Below are positions 9,539-19,953 of a DNA stretch of 64,000 nucleotides, piece after piece. The notes under the pieces were generated by a model. It saw only the letters and a program-made list of their open reading frames with translations. It was not told the origin of the DNA and did no database searches. Location: assembly GCA_963790205.1 (NCBI GenBank), contig CAWBNQ010000003.1:992001-1056000 (forward strand), written 5' to 3'. How positions within the stretch are numbered: the stretch's first letter is position 1; the number at the start of each line of letters is the position of its first letter. Made by a program: the position numbers and the translations under genes. The stretch comes from Nitrospirota bacterium (lineage in GTDB: Bacteria; Nitrospirota; UBA9217).

Positions 9539-12500
9539 AATTCGTGGAGCGTTATATTCGCAAGCCTCACCTGGTGCTCTCCGTGGTGTTGCTTCTCTCC
9601 GTTGTGGGCATTATCGGGTACCAGCGGATGCCCTTCAACCTGTTCCCGGACACCGATCGCCCGCAGATCAGCGTGATCACGGTCATGCCGGGGGCCGCGG
9701 CCGACGACGTGGAGTCGGACATCACTCGGCCTGTTGAAAAAGAGCTTTCCACCCTCGACATGGTGCGGCGTGTCACCTCCACGTCCAAGGACGAGGTCTC
9801 TGTCGTCACCGCCGAGTTCGAGTATGATAAAGGGCTGGACGCCGCGGCCACCGACGTTGCCAACGCTCTGAGCAAGGTGAGCGCGCGGCTCCCGCAGGGG
9901 ATACGGCCGCCCCAGATCTTCAAGATCAGCCAGGCCACCCAGCCGACCATGACGCTTGCCCTTTCGCCCAAGCAGGGGTACCCCGTTGATCTCCGCAAGA
10001 TCCGTGAGCTGGCCGACAACCAGATCAAAGAGGAACTGCTGCGGCTTCCCAATGTGGCCAACGTGGAAGTCTTCGGCGCCAACCAGCCGGAGGTGGGGGT
10101 CTCGATCGACCAGGACCGGCTCAGCCGATTCGGGGTCGGCATGGGAGACGTGCTCGGGGCCCTGGCGGCCCAGAACCAGAACATTCCCCAGGGGCTCATT
10201 ATCCGCAAAGAAGGGCAGTATCTCTTCAAGACCGCCGGCGAGGTTAAAGAGCCGGAGGAGCTGAACGACCTGGTGATCAGCCGCAAGGAAGGGGGCACGG
10301 TCCATTTGCGGGACGTGGCGCGGATCACAGCCGGGGTCCAGGAGCCGCAGTCGGCCTATCACGGCAACGGCAAGGAGGCGATCGGGATCAACATCCTTCG
10401 GGCCCAGAACGGACACACCCTCGACGCTGTCCAGTCCGCAATGGCCGACATCCCCGCTCTCGAGAAAAAATATCCCTTTATCGACTTCGCGGTCAGCTAC
10501 ACGCAGAAGGACCTGATCGAGCGAAGCGTCGACAACATGCTGGGAGCGCTCCGGGACGCGATCATCATCACGGTCATCGTCATCTTCCTGTTCCTCGGCA
10601 ACCTGCGGACGATGTTTCTCTGCGCCATCTCTATCCCCTTCACCTATCTCATCACTTTTGCCGTGATGTGGCTCTTTGGCTTCGAGTTCCATATGGTCAC
10701 CCTCACCGGAGTGATCCTGGCGGTGGGGATGCTGCTGGACGACGCCATTGTCGTGATCGAAAATATAGAACGTCACTACCGCGAATCCAGCAAGGACCTG
10801 GTCGAACTGGTGGCGGGAGGGACCGAGGAGGTCATGCTCGCCATCTTCTCGGGCACCTATGCCACGGTGGTCGTGCTGGTGCCGATCATCTTCATCGGCG
10901 GCTATGTCCAGACCGTGCTCCGTCCCCTGTCGCTTTCGCTCACCATCGCCCTGATCGCGTCCTACGTCGTTTCGGTCACCATCATCCCGATCCTGGCGCC
11001 GTACATCCTGAAGAAGGAGGCGAGGGAAAACCGGTTCGAGGCATTTATCAAACAGGGGAGCGACCGCTTCGTCGGCGCCATCCGTGACTTCTTCGGCAAC
11101 TCCCTCAACTTCGCCCTGCAGCACCGCGCCGGCTTCGTCGTCGCGGCGTTCGTGCTCCTCGTGATAAGCGGCAAGTTCGTCAAGCCGCTGATCGGCCAGG
11201 ACGTCATGCCCCCCATGGACACCGGCATCGTCAAGATCAACTTCGAGGCGGACAGCAATTCGTCGCTGGCCCAGACCAACGCCATTCTCGCCCGGATGGA
11301 GGAGATCATCAAGGGCGAAGAGGGGGTGGTCGCAATCAGCTCCACGCTCGGCTCGGAGCCGTCAGTGGTCTCCTTCGGCAGTGGAAAGAATCCCCAACAG
11401 GGGAACATCACCATCAACCTCGTGGACCGGTTCCACCGTAAACAGACCATGTGGCAGATCGAGGGCGACATGCAACGCAAGTTCCTGGCCATCCCCGGCA
11501 TGAAGTCGGTGGATGTCTTCGACTACGGCGCCACGCCGCTCTCCTCCATTCGCTCCACGGTGGACGTGATGGTGAGCGGCCCCGATCCCCGGGTGCTCGC
11601 CGGCATCGGCCGGGACATCGAACACCGGCTTGAGAACGTGCGGGGGCTGAAGTCGGTCTCCCTTTCCTGGACCGCTGACAAGAAGGAGGTCAACTTCATC
11701 GCCAGCCGGGAAAAGTGCGCCCTCTACGGCATCTCTCCCAAGGACATCGCTTCGCAGGTCCAGGCCTCGGTTCAGGGAGGACCGGCCTCGATCTTCCGGA
11801 TCGCCGGCGAGGACGGCTTCCTCATCCGCGCCAGGTACGAAGCCGCGGACCGGGACAGCATCGCCCGCATGGCAGCGCTTAAGGTACGGACTCCGCTGGG
11901 CCAGGTGCCGCTGTCGGCCCTCGGGACCACCACGACTTCCTACGTCCCGATGCTCCTGACACGGCAGAGCATGCAGAATACGATCGACGTCTTCGGCTAC
12001 CGCGAGAAAGCCGCGGTCTCCCATATCATGGATAACGTGAAGAGCGCGCTGGAGGGGCTGAAACTCCCGACGGGGTACAGCATCTCCCAGGAAGGGGATG
12101 CCAAACAGGCCGCGGAGTCGTTCTCGGCCCTCATGGCGGCTTTGATGATCGGGATGGTGCTGCTTTACTTCTCCCTGGTCCCGGCCTTCAAGTCCTTCGT
12201 CCACCCGCTCACGATCATGGTCGCCATACCCCTTGCCCTGATCGGAGCGCTCTGGTCCATGCTGATCACCGGAAAGCACCAGTCCATGGGCTCGTTCATG
12301 GGGCTGATCCTCCTGGCCGGGATCGTGGTGAAGAACTCGATCCTGCTGATCGACTTTATCGAGATGGCCAAGGAGCAGGGAATGTCCACCTTCGACGCGC
12401 TGCGCGAGAGCGTGCGGGTCAGGACCCGTCCGATCCTGATGACCGCCTTCGGCACGGCGGTCGGTATGGTGCCCATCGCCATGGAGTGGGCCATCGGCCT

Positions 12501-12696
12501 GGAGCGGCTGTCGCCTCTTGCGGTCGTGGCCATCGGGGGGCTGATGGTCTCGACCTTCCTGACGCTGTTGTATGTGCCGATCTTCTACACAATTTTCGAG
12601 GACGTGGTCGCCTGGCTTGCGCGGATGAAGTCGAAAATAGGTTCACGCGGGAAAGTGACGGCGTCATTGGACAACGCACCGGACCGGGCATCATAA
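9535..12696 (+). CDS. RND efflux permease (AcrB/AcrD/AcrF family)
   Basis: 1053 aa; GMLLDDAIVVIENI, GIVVKNSILLID, RTRPILMT motifs. Confidence 0.96.
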   Translation: MKFVERYIRKPHLVLSVVLLLSVVGIIGYQRMPFNLFPDTDRPQISVITVMPGAAADDVESDITRPVEKELSTLDMVRRVTSTSKDEVSVVTAEFEYDKGLDAAATDVANALSKVSARLPQGIRPPQIFKISQATQPTMTLALSPKQGYPVDLRKIRELADNQIKEELLRLPNVANVEVFGANQPEVGVSIDQDRLSRFGVGMGDVLGALAAQNQNIPQGLIIRKEGQYLFKTAGEVKEPEELNDLVISRKEGGTVHLRDVARITAGVQEPQSAYHGNGKEAIGINILRAQNGHTLDAVQSAMADIPALEKKYPFIDFAVSYTQKDLIERSVDNMLGALRDAIIITVIVIFLFLGNLRTMFLCAISIPFTYLITFAVMWLFGFEFHMVTLTGVILAVGMLLDDAIVVIENIERHYRESSKDLVELVAGGTEEVMLAIFSGTYATVVVLVPIIFIGGYVQTVLRPLSLSLTIALIASYVVSVTIIPILAPYILKKEARENRFEAFIKQGSDRFVGAIRDFFGNSLNFALQHRAGFVVAAFVLLVISGKFVKPLIGQDVMPPMDTGIVKINFEADSNSSLAQTNAILARMEEIIKGEEGVVAISSTLGSEPSVVSFGSGKNPQQGNITINLVDRFHRKQTMWQIEGDMQRKFLAIPGMKSVDVFDYGATPLSSIRSTVDVMVSGPDPRVLAGIGRDIEHRLENVRGLKSVSLSWTADKKEVNFIASREKCALYGISPKDIASQVQASVQGGPASIFRIAGEDGFLIRARYEAADRDSIARMAALKVRTPLGQVPLSALGTTTTSYVPMLLTRQSMQNTIDVFGYREKAAVSHIMDNVKSALEGLKLPTGYSISQEGDAKQAAESFSALMAALMIGMVLLYFSLVPAFKSFVHPLTIMVAIPLALIGALWSMLITGKHQSMGSFMGLILLAGIVVKNSILLIDFIEMAKEQGMSTFDALRESVRVRTRPILMTAFGTAVGMVPIAMEWAIGLERLSPLAVVAIGGLMVSTFLTLLYVPIFYTIFEDVVAWLARMKSKIGSRGKVTASLDNAPDRAS

Positions 12697-12747
12697 GGAA
12701 AAGGATGTGTCAAATTAAAAAAGAAAGCAAAGTCAGAGGGTTTAATC

Positions 12748-14373
12748 ATGCGAAAGTCATTTGCGGTAATGGGAGCGGCATTTTTCTTAGCGGCGATCAT
12801 GTCGTATCCTGCCGCGGCGAAGGATATGTCGCCAACGTCAGCCCCTCAGATCTCGGGCGCACTGTCCGGCGGCTCGGCCGATCACTTGAAATTCAAGGAC
12901 CTTAAAAAAAAGTTTACATCCGGTCCGGAAGTGACAAAGGCCTGCTTGAGCTGCCACACGGAAGCAGGCAAACAATTCATCAAGAACATACACTGGACGT
13001 GGACCTACAAGGACCCGGAAACCGGCCAGACCCTGGGCAAGCGATATCTCGTCAACAACTTCTGCACCAATGCCCGGGGGAACGAGGGCATGTGCGCCGA
13101 GTGCCATCCCAGTTACGGGTATAAAGACGATCACTTCGATTTTAAAGACCAGACGAAGATCGACTGCCTTGTTTGCCACGATACGACTGGCACCTATTAT
13201 AAATTGCCGCCCACGAAAGGGAATGCGGCCTGCGCCATACTGTCAGAGGCAAAAAAGCCGATTGATTTAAACAACGTGGCCCGGCATGTAGGGCTGCCGA
13301 AACGGCGGAATTGCGGGTCCTGCCATTTCTACGGCGGCGGAGGAGACAATGTGAAGCACGGCGATCTTTCTTCCGTACTGAACGACCCGCCAAAGTCCAT
13401 TGACGTGCATATGGCGAAAGACGGGCTCAACCTGTCCTGCACCGCCTGCCATGTAACGAAGAATCATCTATGGACGGGCAGCCGCTACGCGGTGCATGCC
13501 AAAGACACGAAGGGAATCGGCAAGGCAGGTCTTCGCCGGTATGTGACGACCTGTGAGGCCTGCCACGGGACCTATCCGCATAACAATCTTTCCTTGAAAG
13601 GTCTCAAGCTGAACAGCCACGTGGATAAAGTTGCCTGCGAGACCTGCCACATTCCCGCGTTCGCGCGGGGCGGCGTCGCCACCAAGACGGACTGGGACTG
13701 GAGCACCGCGGGCAGGACGAAGAACGGCAAAGGCTACACGATCGAAGAGTATGTCCAGGGCAATGGAGAAAAGCGTGAAACCTACTGGTCCATCAAGGGC
13801 ACTTTCAAGTACGCGGAAAACGTCGTGCCGTACTATGCGTGGTTCGACGGTCAGATGCACTATATCACCATCGACACGAAGTTCGACCCTTCGAAACAGC
13901 CGATTGAGATCAACTACTTCAAAGGCTCCTACAGCGATCCGAAATCGCGCATCTGGCCGTTCAAGCGCATGCATACAAAGCAGCAATATGACAAGGTTAA
14001 TAACACGCTCGTCTACACCCATCTCTGGGGCACCGATGACGCGGCTTTCTGGGGAAATTTCAATATGAAGAAAGCGATCGCCTACGGGATGAAGGAGTTC
14101 AACAAGCCCTATAGCGGACAATTCGGCTTTATCGAGACCTATTCTTACTGGCCGATCACCCATATGGTGGCTCCTAAAAAAGATGCGCTTACCTGCGGGG
14201 AATGTCACGCGCGGGAAGGCCGGTTGAAAAATGTCAACGGCTTTTATTTGCCCGGCCGGGACTACAACAGGTGGGTTGACGGTTTCGGACTGTTCCTTGT
14301 CTTCGCAACATTCCTCGGCGTGCTGGTTCATGCCGCTGTCCGTGGTTTCCTGGCCAAGAGGAGGAGAAAATAA
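12748..14373 (+). CDS. Octaheme c-type cytochrome, tetrathionate reductase (OTR) family
   Basis: Signal peptide; 8 CxxCH (CLSCH, CAECH, CLVCH, CGSCH, CTACH, CEACH, CETCH, CGECH); GPEVTKAC, GK..NNFC, GGGGDNVKHGD; C-terminal TM. Confidence 0.92.
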   Translation: MRKSFAVMGAAFFLAAIMSYPAAAKDMSPTSAPQISGALSGGSADHLKFKDLKKKFTSGPEVTKACLSCHTEAGKQFIKNIHWTWTYKDPETGQTLGKRYLVNNFCTNARGNEGMCAECHPSYGYKDDHFDFKDQTKIDCLVCHDTTGTYYKLPPTKGNAACAILSEAKKPIDLNNVARHVGLPKRRNCGSCHFYGGGGDNVKHGDLSSVLNDPPKSIDVHMAKDGLNLSCTACHVTKNHLWTGSRYAVHAKDTKGIGKAGLRRYVTTCEACHGTYPHNNLSLKGLKLNSHVDKVACETCHIPAFARGGVATKTDWDWSTAGRTKNGKGYTIEEYVQGNGEKRETYWSIKGTFKYAENVVPYYAWFDGQMHYITIDTKFDPSKQPIEINYFKGSYSDPKSRIWPFKRMHTKQQYDKVNNTLVYTHLWGTDDAAFWGNFNMKKAIAYGMKEFNKPYSGQFGFIETYSYWPITHMVAPKKDALTCGECHAREGRLKNVNGFYLPGRDYNRWVDGFGLFLVFATFLGVLVHAAVRGFLAKRRRK

Positions 14374-15026
14374 TGAGTACGCGAAAAGTAATGATCTACA
14401 GCCGTTTCGAGCGGTTCTGGCACTGGACGCAGATGGCGCTGATCGTGACGCTGCTCTTTACCGGGTTCGGCATCCACGGCTTTCATCACCTGATCAGCGT
14501 TGAACTCGCCGACAGGATCCATACTTACAGCGCCCTGGGGGTCATGGTCCTGTGGTTGTTCGCCATTTCCTGGATCCTGACCACGGGCGTCTGGAAACAG
14601 TTCCTGCCGACCAGCCGGGGTCTCTGGCGCGTGGTCCGGTTTTATTCCTACGGCATCTTCAAGGGCGAATCGCATCCCTTCAAAAAGGCCTATAAGCGCA
14701 AGCTCAATCCTCTGCAGGCCCTGACCTATCTGTCGCTCAAGCTGGTGCTGTTCCCGGCGATCTGGCTATCGGGGGTTGCTTATCTGACATATGGGTTATG
14801 GGAGCGCTTCACATCCTCGGGCACACCGTTCGCGGCCGTTGCTTTAATCCATACTGCCGCGGCTTTCGCCATCGTGGCATTCGTAACCATTCATGTCTAT
14901 ATGCTCACGACGGGACATTCATTCATAGGGCATGTCATGCCCATGATAACCGGTTTCGACGAGGTGGACCTTTCGCCTGCTGAAGAGGCCTATCTGAAAT
15001 CCGATGAACCGGGCCATATCCGGTGA
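14373..15026 (+). CDS. Di-heme cytochrome b (Ni-hydrogenase/thiosulfate reductase cytochrome b type)
   Basis: ERFWHW, four TM segments with His ligands, KLNPLQ, HVYM, MITG; 1-nt overlap with the OTR gene. Confidence 0.88.
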   Translation: MSTRKVMIYSRFERFWHWTQMALIVTLLFTGFGIHGFHHLISVELADRIHTYSALGVMVLWLFAISWILTTGVWKQFLPTSRGLWRVVRFYSYGIFKGESHPFKKAYKRKLNPLQALTYLSLKLVLFPAIWLSGVAYLTYGLWERFTSSGTPFAAVALIHTAAAFAIVAFVTIHVYMLTTGHSFIGHVMPMITGFDEVDLSPAEEAYLKSDEPGHIR

Positions 15027-15083
15027 GGCGGGATGTGCCCATATAACAATCAGATTTTTACGAATATAGCTCGAAAGGACACC

Positions 15084-15989
15084 ATGGACGATAAATCACA
15101 AAAAAGGCTGTTCCTGAGTCTGCTCGTAACAATTGTCATACTTATCGCCGAAGTAGTCGGCGGGATCATGAGCCACAGTCTTGCCCTCCTGAGCGATGCG
15201 GGGCATGTGCTCACCGATGCCTTCGCGCTCGGCCTGAGCCTTGTTGCGCTCCTGATCATGAAACGGCCTTCCGACCACCGGGCGACCTACGGGTACCAGA
15301 GGATCGGCCTGATTGCGGCCTTGATCAACGGTGTGAGTCTTGTGGTCATAGCCCTGTTCATCTTTATTGAGGCTTATAAACGCTTCAGTTCTCCTCCCGA
15401 AATAAACACCTCGGTCATGCTGTCAATCGCCACGGCCGGCCTTCTCGGCAATCTCATCATGGCATGGATTCTCGGGCATAAGCATGATGATCTGAACATG
15501 AAAAGCGTCTGGCTCCACGTGCTCGGCGATACCATATCGTCGGTCGGCGTCATTGTTGCCGGGCTGGTCATTAAACTTACGGGCTGGGTGCTTGCCGATA
15601 CCATAGCCAGCGGTATTGTCGGCGTTATGATCATTATCGGCGGGAGCCGGGTTATCAAGGAAACTCTCTGGATACTGCTCGAACTCAGTCCCGTAGGATT
15701 TCATGCGGAGGACATCTCGGCAAAAATCGCGGGGATTCCGGAGGTGCGGAGTATTCATGACGTGCATATATGGTCAATTGGGCACGGCATACCGGCCTTT
15801 TCCGGGCATGTTCAGGTTCCTGACCAGAAGATCAGCGAGACGGATGCCATAAGAAAGAAAATCGAACGCTTGCTTGTTGATCAAGGGATAAAACATGCAG
15901 TAATACAAATGGAATGCGCGGACTGCTGCAACAATGACCTCTATTGCAATGTGAACACTGAAAATGGCCTGGCAGATCATCTGCATTAG
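15084..15989 (+). CDS. Cation diffusion facilitator (CzcD-like Zn/Co/Cd exporter)
   Basis: SLALLSDAGHVLTD, TYGYQR, WLHVLGD, HDVHIW. Confidence 0.93.
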   Translation: MDDKSQKRLFLSLLVTIVILIAEVVGGIMSHSLALLSDAGHVLTDAFALGLSLVALLIMKRPSDHRATYGYQRIGLIAALINGVSLVVIALFIFIEAYKRFSSPPEINTSVMLSIATAGLLGNLIMAWILGHKHDDLNMKSVWLHVLGDTISSVGVIVAGLVIKLTGWVLADTIASGIVGVMIIIGGSRVIKETLWILLELSPVGFHAEDISAKIAGIPEVRSIHDVHIWSIGHGIPAFSGHVQVPDQKISETDAIRKKIERLLVDQGIKHAVIQMECADCCNNDLYCNVNTENGLADHLH

Positions 15990-16016
15990 TATAAATGCGA
16001 ACGAAACGGGGACATC

Positions 16017-16421
16017 ATGAAAATAGAATTTGAGCCGATAGGTTTCGTGAAAACCGATGTTGAGAAGGTCCCGAGGCACTGGACTGTTTCCGAAGCGGAA
16101 GGAGTGATAGTTGTCAACGAAGAGTATGCCGCAGGGCTCAAGGACATCAAAGCTGGGCAGCGCATCGTCGTGCTTTTCTATTTTCACGAAAGCCAGCAGT
16201 TCACTCCGCAATTTCTGGTGCAAACGCCTCCGCACTGCGACGAGCCGTTGGGTGTGTTCAGCATCTGTTCGCCGGTCAGGCCGAATCCCATCGGCATGTC
16301 GGTTGTGGAAGTCCTCGGCGTCGAAGGCCGCGCCATCCGCATCAAAGGGCTGGACATGCGGGACGGGACGCCTGTCCTTGACATTAAGCCGGTGACGGAA
16401 ACGGGGACGCCGCGCCGGTGA
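16017..16421 (+). CDS. TrmO/TsaA-like (UPF0066) SAM-binding protein
   Basis: PIGFV, GVFS..SP.RPNPIGMS, GLD..DGTPVLDIKP. Confidence 0.88.
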   Translation: MKIEFEPIGFVKTDVEKVPRHWTVSEAEGVIVVNEEYAAGLKDIKAGQRIVVLFYFHESQQFTPQFLVQTPPHCDEPLGVFSICSPVRPNPIGMSVVEVLGVEGRAIRIKGLDMRDGTPVLDIKPVTETGTPRR

Positions 16422-16442
16422 TCGTGGAGGTTATCGAAAAAC

Positions 16443-17159
16443 ATGCCGCTGATTGAGATTACCCGGCTCGCCTTTCATGCGGGCGATAAAACAATACTCG
16501 ACGGGATCTCCCTCGCCATGGAGGCGTCGGAGGTCCATGCCCTTCTCGGCACAAACGGGACCGGCAAGAGCACCCTCGCCTGTCTCATTATGGGCTGCGG
16601 GGGGCGGCGGCCGACATCAGGGAACATAGTGTTTGACGACAAGGTCATCAACGACTTAAATATCCATGAACGGGCCCAGCTCGGGATCACCATGGCATGG
16701 CAAGAACCTGCGAGATTCGAGGGTATATCGGTCAGGGACTATCTGACCATCAAGAATAAAGATAGAGATCCGTCATCTTGCCTTGAGATGGTCGGACTTC
16801 ATCCGGAGCTTTACCTTCACAGAATGGTTGATAAGTCCCTGAGCGGAGGAGAGAGGAAGAGAATCGAGCTTGCGTCCCTGCTGGCGATGAATCCGCGGCT
16901 CGCAATCCTTGACGAGCCCGATTCGGGAATCGACATGCTTTCAACGCAAGACATCATCAATGTGATACAAGCTTTCAAGCAAGCGGGGTCTTCAGTCCTG
17001 CTCATTACCCATAGGGAGGAAGTGGCTCTTATCGCCGACCGGGCCTCGCAGGTATGCAAAGGGAAGATCGTCTGTTCCGGCAATCCGGAGAAGGTCGCCG
17101 AATACTACAAAACAAGAAAATGTCTTGTCTGCGACGGGGAGCGCTGCGTCTATGTCTGA
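16443..17159 (+). CDS. sufC: SufC-like ABC ATPase with Cys-rich C-terminus
   Basis: GTNGTGKSTL, WQEPARFEG, LSGGERKRIEL, ILDEPDSGID; C-terminal C..CxxC. Confidence 0.85.
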   Translation: MPLIEITRLAFHAGDKTILDGISLAMEASEVHALLGTNGTGKSTLACLIMGCGGRRPTSGNIVFDDKVINDLNIHERAQLGITMAWQEPARFEGISVRDYLTIKNKDRDPSSCLEMVGLHPELYLHRMVDKSLSGGERKRIELASLLAMNPRLAILDEPDSGIDMLSTQDIINVIQAFKQAGSSVLLITHREEVALIADRASQVCKGKIVCSGNPEKVAEYYKTRKCLVCDGERCVYV

Positions 17160-18087
17160 GCTCGATGAATTGCTACAGGCGTTCGGAGAGGCGGGAGGGG
17201 ACAAGGGCGCGCTCGCTGACACGGGCATCGCGCACTTGTCTGTAAGTGGAAGTAATATCCTGAGCGCCCGCGAGGTCGAGGGAATAGACGTTCACGCGAG
17301 GGAGATGAGGAACGGCATCAGCGCAAAGGTCACGGTCCGTGAAGGTGTGAAACTTCAGAAGCCCGTTCACCTGTGCTTTGGTGTGCTCCATAAAAAGGGG
17401 ACGCAGAAGATCGAGATGGACGTGAAGCTCGAAAAGAATTCATCAGCTACCTTTATAGCTCACTGCATATTCCCCAAGGCCGAGAAGGTAAGACACCTCA
17501 TGTACGCCGTGGTCGACATCGGTGAAGGGGCCGAGATGCGCTATTCCGAGACCCATTATCACGGTCTTTACGGCGGCATAGAAGTCGTACCGAAGCTCAC
17601 GGTCGTTGTAGGCAAGAACGGCAGGTTCTATACGGACTTTACACTCGTGCATGGGAGGGTCGGCAAGCTCGAGATAGATTACGACGTTAACGCAGGCGAG
17701 AATGCCGTGGTCGAGCTTGTTACCCGTGTTTTCGGACATGCGACCGACGATTTGAAGATCAAGGAGAAGGTCACGCTCGCGGGCGAGAACGCCCGAGGAC
17801 TCATCAAAGCGAGGGTCGCGATCGAGGATGAGGCCACGGCCGAGGTCAAAGGAATCACCGAAGGCAATGCCGCCGGCGCGCGAGGTCACGTCGACTGCAT
17901 GGAGATTGTGAAGGACAACGCGGTAGCGAAGGCGATTCCCGCGGTAAGTGTGACTCATCCGCTCGCGAAGGTGACTCATGAAGCAGCAATCGGCAGCGTG
18001 GACAAGCGGCAACTTGAAACGCTCATGGCCCATGGCCTTTCTCCCGAGGAAGCGGTGGATGTGATCGTGAAGGGGATATTGAAATGA
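17152..18087 (+). CDS. sufB: SufB/SufD family Fe-S scaffold
   Basis: PVHLCFG, ARGHVDCMEIV, AKVTHEAAIGSVD, QLETLMAHGL. Confidence 0.88.
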   Translation: MSELDELLQAFGEAGGDKGALADTGIAHLSVSGSNILSAREVEGIDVHAREMRNGISAKVTVREGVKLQKPVHLCFGVLHKKGTQKIEMDVKLEKNSSATFIAHCIFPKAEKVRHLMYAVVDIGEGAEMRYSETHYHGLYGGIEVVPKLTVVVGKNGRFYTDFTLVHGRVGKLEIDYDVNAGENAVVELVTRVFGHATDDLKIKEKVTLAGENARGLIKARVAIEDEATAEVKGITEGNAAGARGHVDCMEIVKDNAVAKAIPAVSVTHPLAKVTHEAAIGSVDKRQLETLMAHGLSPEEAVDVIVKGILK

Positions 18088-18380
18088 AGCGATTTGTCTC
18101 GTGCAAAGACCTGGACAAAAGGAAGAACAACGATTACAAGAATACTCCAGTGAAGTAAGCGCGAGTCAGCATCAGCAGAACGCGTGTGGATCAGATACGC
18201 GAAAGAGTAAAAAAATGAAGCGAAGCGCACTATCCTGCATCGTGATACAAAGTCTGCCGGCATACTTGTTTCAATAGTCAACAGCGTGACGCAAAAAGCA
18301 GTCCCGGCAGGGAAAAGTCAACTAAGAAAGCCAGCACGTGTCATAATAAATAAAACGACGCATGAACATGGAGTAATTCA

Positions 18381-18809
18381 ATGATCGAAGACATAGGACG
18401 GGTCGTTAGGATCATTGGTGAGAAAGCCGCCGTAGAGGTTGAGCGGACATCCGCTTGCGCTCAGTGCGGTCTGCAGGAGGTCGAGGACCTGGCAATGGGT
18501 GGGAAGGTCGTGCTCGAAGCGGTAAATGTTGCTCAGGCAAAGGTCGGCGACCGTGTGCGGGTCCGCGTTGAGTCCGTTGCCTACATGAGGGCCGTGGCCG
18601 CGGTGTACGGGATACCAGTCCTGCTGTTTCTGCTTGGCATTGCGGCAGGCATTCCGCTTGCGGCCCGGCTTGGGTGGCCGTCCGAGCTTACGAGTGTTGC
18701 GCTCGGCATGCTCGGACTGATCGTCGGTGTTCTAGTCCTGCTCCTGTTGCGCAAAAGAACAACAAAGAAGGAATATCTTCCCGTTATTGCGGAGGTGCTT
18801 GGAGAATAG
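18381..18809 (+). CDS. RseC/MucC family membrane protein
   Basis: G.VV, SACAQC, AKVGDRV, YGIP followed by two TM segments. Confidence 0.8.
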   Translation: MIEDIGRVVRIIGEKAAVEVERTSACAQCGLQEVEDLAMGGKVVLEAVNVAQAKVGDRVRVRVESVAYMRAVAAVYGIPVLLFLLGIAAGIPLAARLGWPSELTSVALGMLGLIVGVLVLLLLRKRTTKKEYLPVIAEVLGE

Positions 18810-18895
18810 GCGGGATATGGTGTCTCGAAATAGCAAAACTACTCATTAGCATCGAATAATGTTCTTATGTTCGGAATAATACTCACGGCACTTTT

Positions 18896-18958
18896 ATTCA
18901 GCCCGACGATCCCGCGGCAGCGGCGCATGCGCTGATGTCTGAAGCCATCAGGAGGTGA
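18896..18958 (+). pseudogene. 3' remnant of a paralog of the 24516-24791 hypothetical gene
   Basis: Translates as PDDPAAAAHALMSEAIRR* versus PDDPDAAALALSINVIRR*; same position upstream of a USP gene; no start codon. Confidence 0.6.
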
Positions 18959-18961
18959 TAC

Positions 18962-19855
18962 ATGAGGATTTTACTTGCCACAGACGGTTCGGAATACTCG
19001 GATGGGGCGGTGCGTTTTCTGGCGCGGTTCGACTTTTCGCAAACAGACGAGATTGTAGTGCTGCACGTTATTCCCGGCGTGCCGTTTCCCCACTGCAACG
19101 GGCCCTACAACGCGGCTTTGATGCAGATCGGCGATGAACTTGCGCCTAGGATCGTTGATGCGACCGCCAGACTTCTGAAAGACCTCCGGGCGAACGTGTC
19201 CACCGTGGTGACCGCCGGCTATCCCGCTGAGGCCATCATTGACGTGGCAGCGCAATCCGGTTCCGATATGATCGTTATGGGCAACCGGGGAATGAAGGCG
19301 ATCGGTTCGCTGCTGCTCGGGAGCGTGACGCGGGCCGTGGCAATCAGCTATCCGCAGTCCATTCTGGTCGTCAAGCCGCCCCAGGGGAAACCCGATGGCC
19401 CGCTCAAGGTGCTCTTTGCCACCGATGGTTCGGACTGCGCCAGGGAAACGGAGAGGGTCCTTTCCTTGATACCCTTTCATCCCGACACGAGCGTCACGGC
19501 TGTTTACGTCTCGCTCTTGACGTATATGGACATTCCAGACCGGTTTTGTCCGGGACTTGACGAGCGGCTAAAGAAAATCATGGCAGGGATGAAGGAATCC
19601 GAATCGAAACATGCGGAAAAAGTTCTGGATCAGGCCAGAACTCGGATGAAGGACAAATTCCGGAACGTGACGGCGCTGATCAAAAACGGAGATCCGTCGG
19701 AGCAGATCCTCCAGGCAGCACGGGAAACACGGGCTGACGTCATTGCTCTCGGAAGCAGAGGGATGCGCGGCGTCAGCGGCATGCTCGGGAGCGTGGCCCG
19801 GAACGTCCTCTCCCACGCGGACTGCTCGGTTCTGATCTGCAAGCTCAAGGAATAG
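18962..19855 (+). CDS. Tandem-domain universal stress protein
   Basis: Two ATDGS...G.RG...GSV domains. Confidence 0.93.
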   Translation: MRILLATDGSEYSDGAVRFLARFDFSQTDEIVVLHVIPGVPFPHCNGPYNAALMQIGDELAPRIVDATARLLKDLRANVSTVVTAGYPAEAIIDVAAQSGSDMIVMGNRGMKAIGSLLLGSVTRAVAISYPQSILVVKPPQGKPDGPLKVLFATDGSDCARETERVLSLIPFHPDTSVTAVYVSLLTYMDIPDRFCPGLDERLKKIMAGMKESESKHAEKVLDQARTRMKDKFRNVTALIKNGDPSEQILQAARETRADVIALGSRGMRGVSGMLGSVARNVLSHADCSVLICKLKE

Positions 19856-19953
19856 ACGATTTAAACCGGGGGGGACTGGCAGCCTTCGGCGGCTTTCCGG
19901 GGAAAGACAGACTCGTCTTTAGTGTTTACGGTTTTATGGCAAGGAGGCGAACA

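Noticed and set aside
9400..11124. Long minus-strand ORFs (574 aa here; also 27080-28252, 53255-54262, 56624-57976)
   Set aside because: Antisense shadows of well-supported GC-rich + strand genes, with no recognisable motifs
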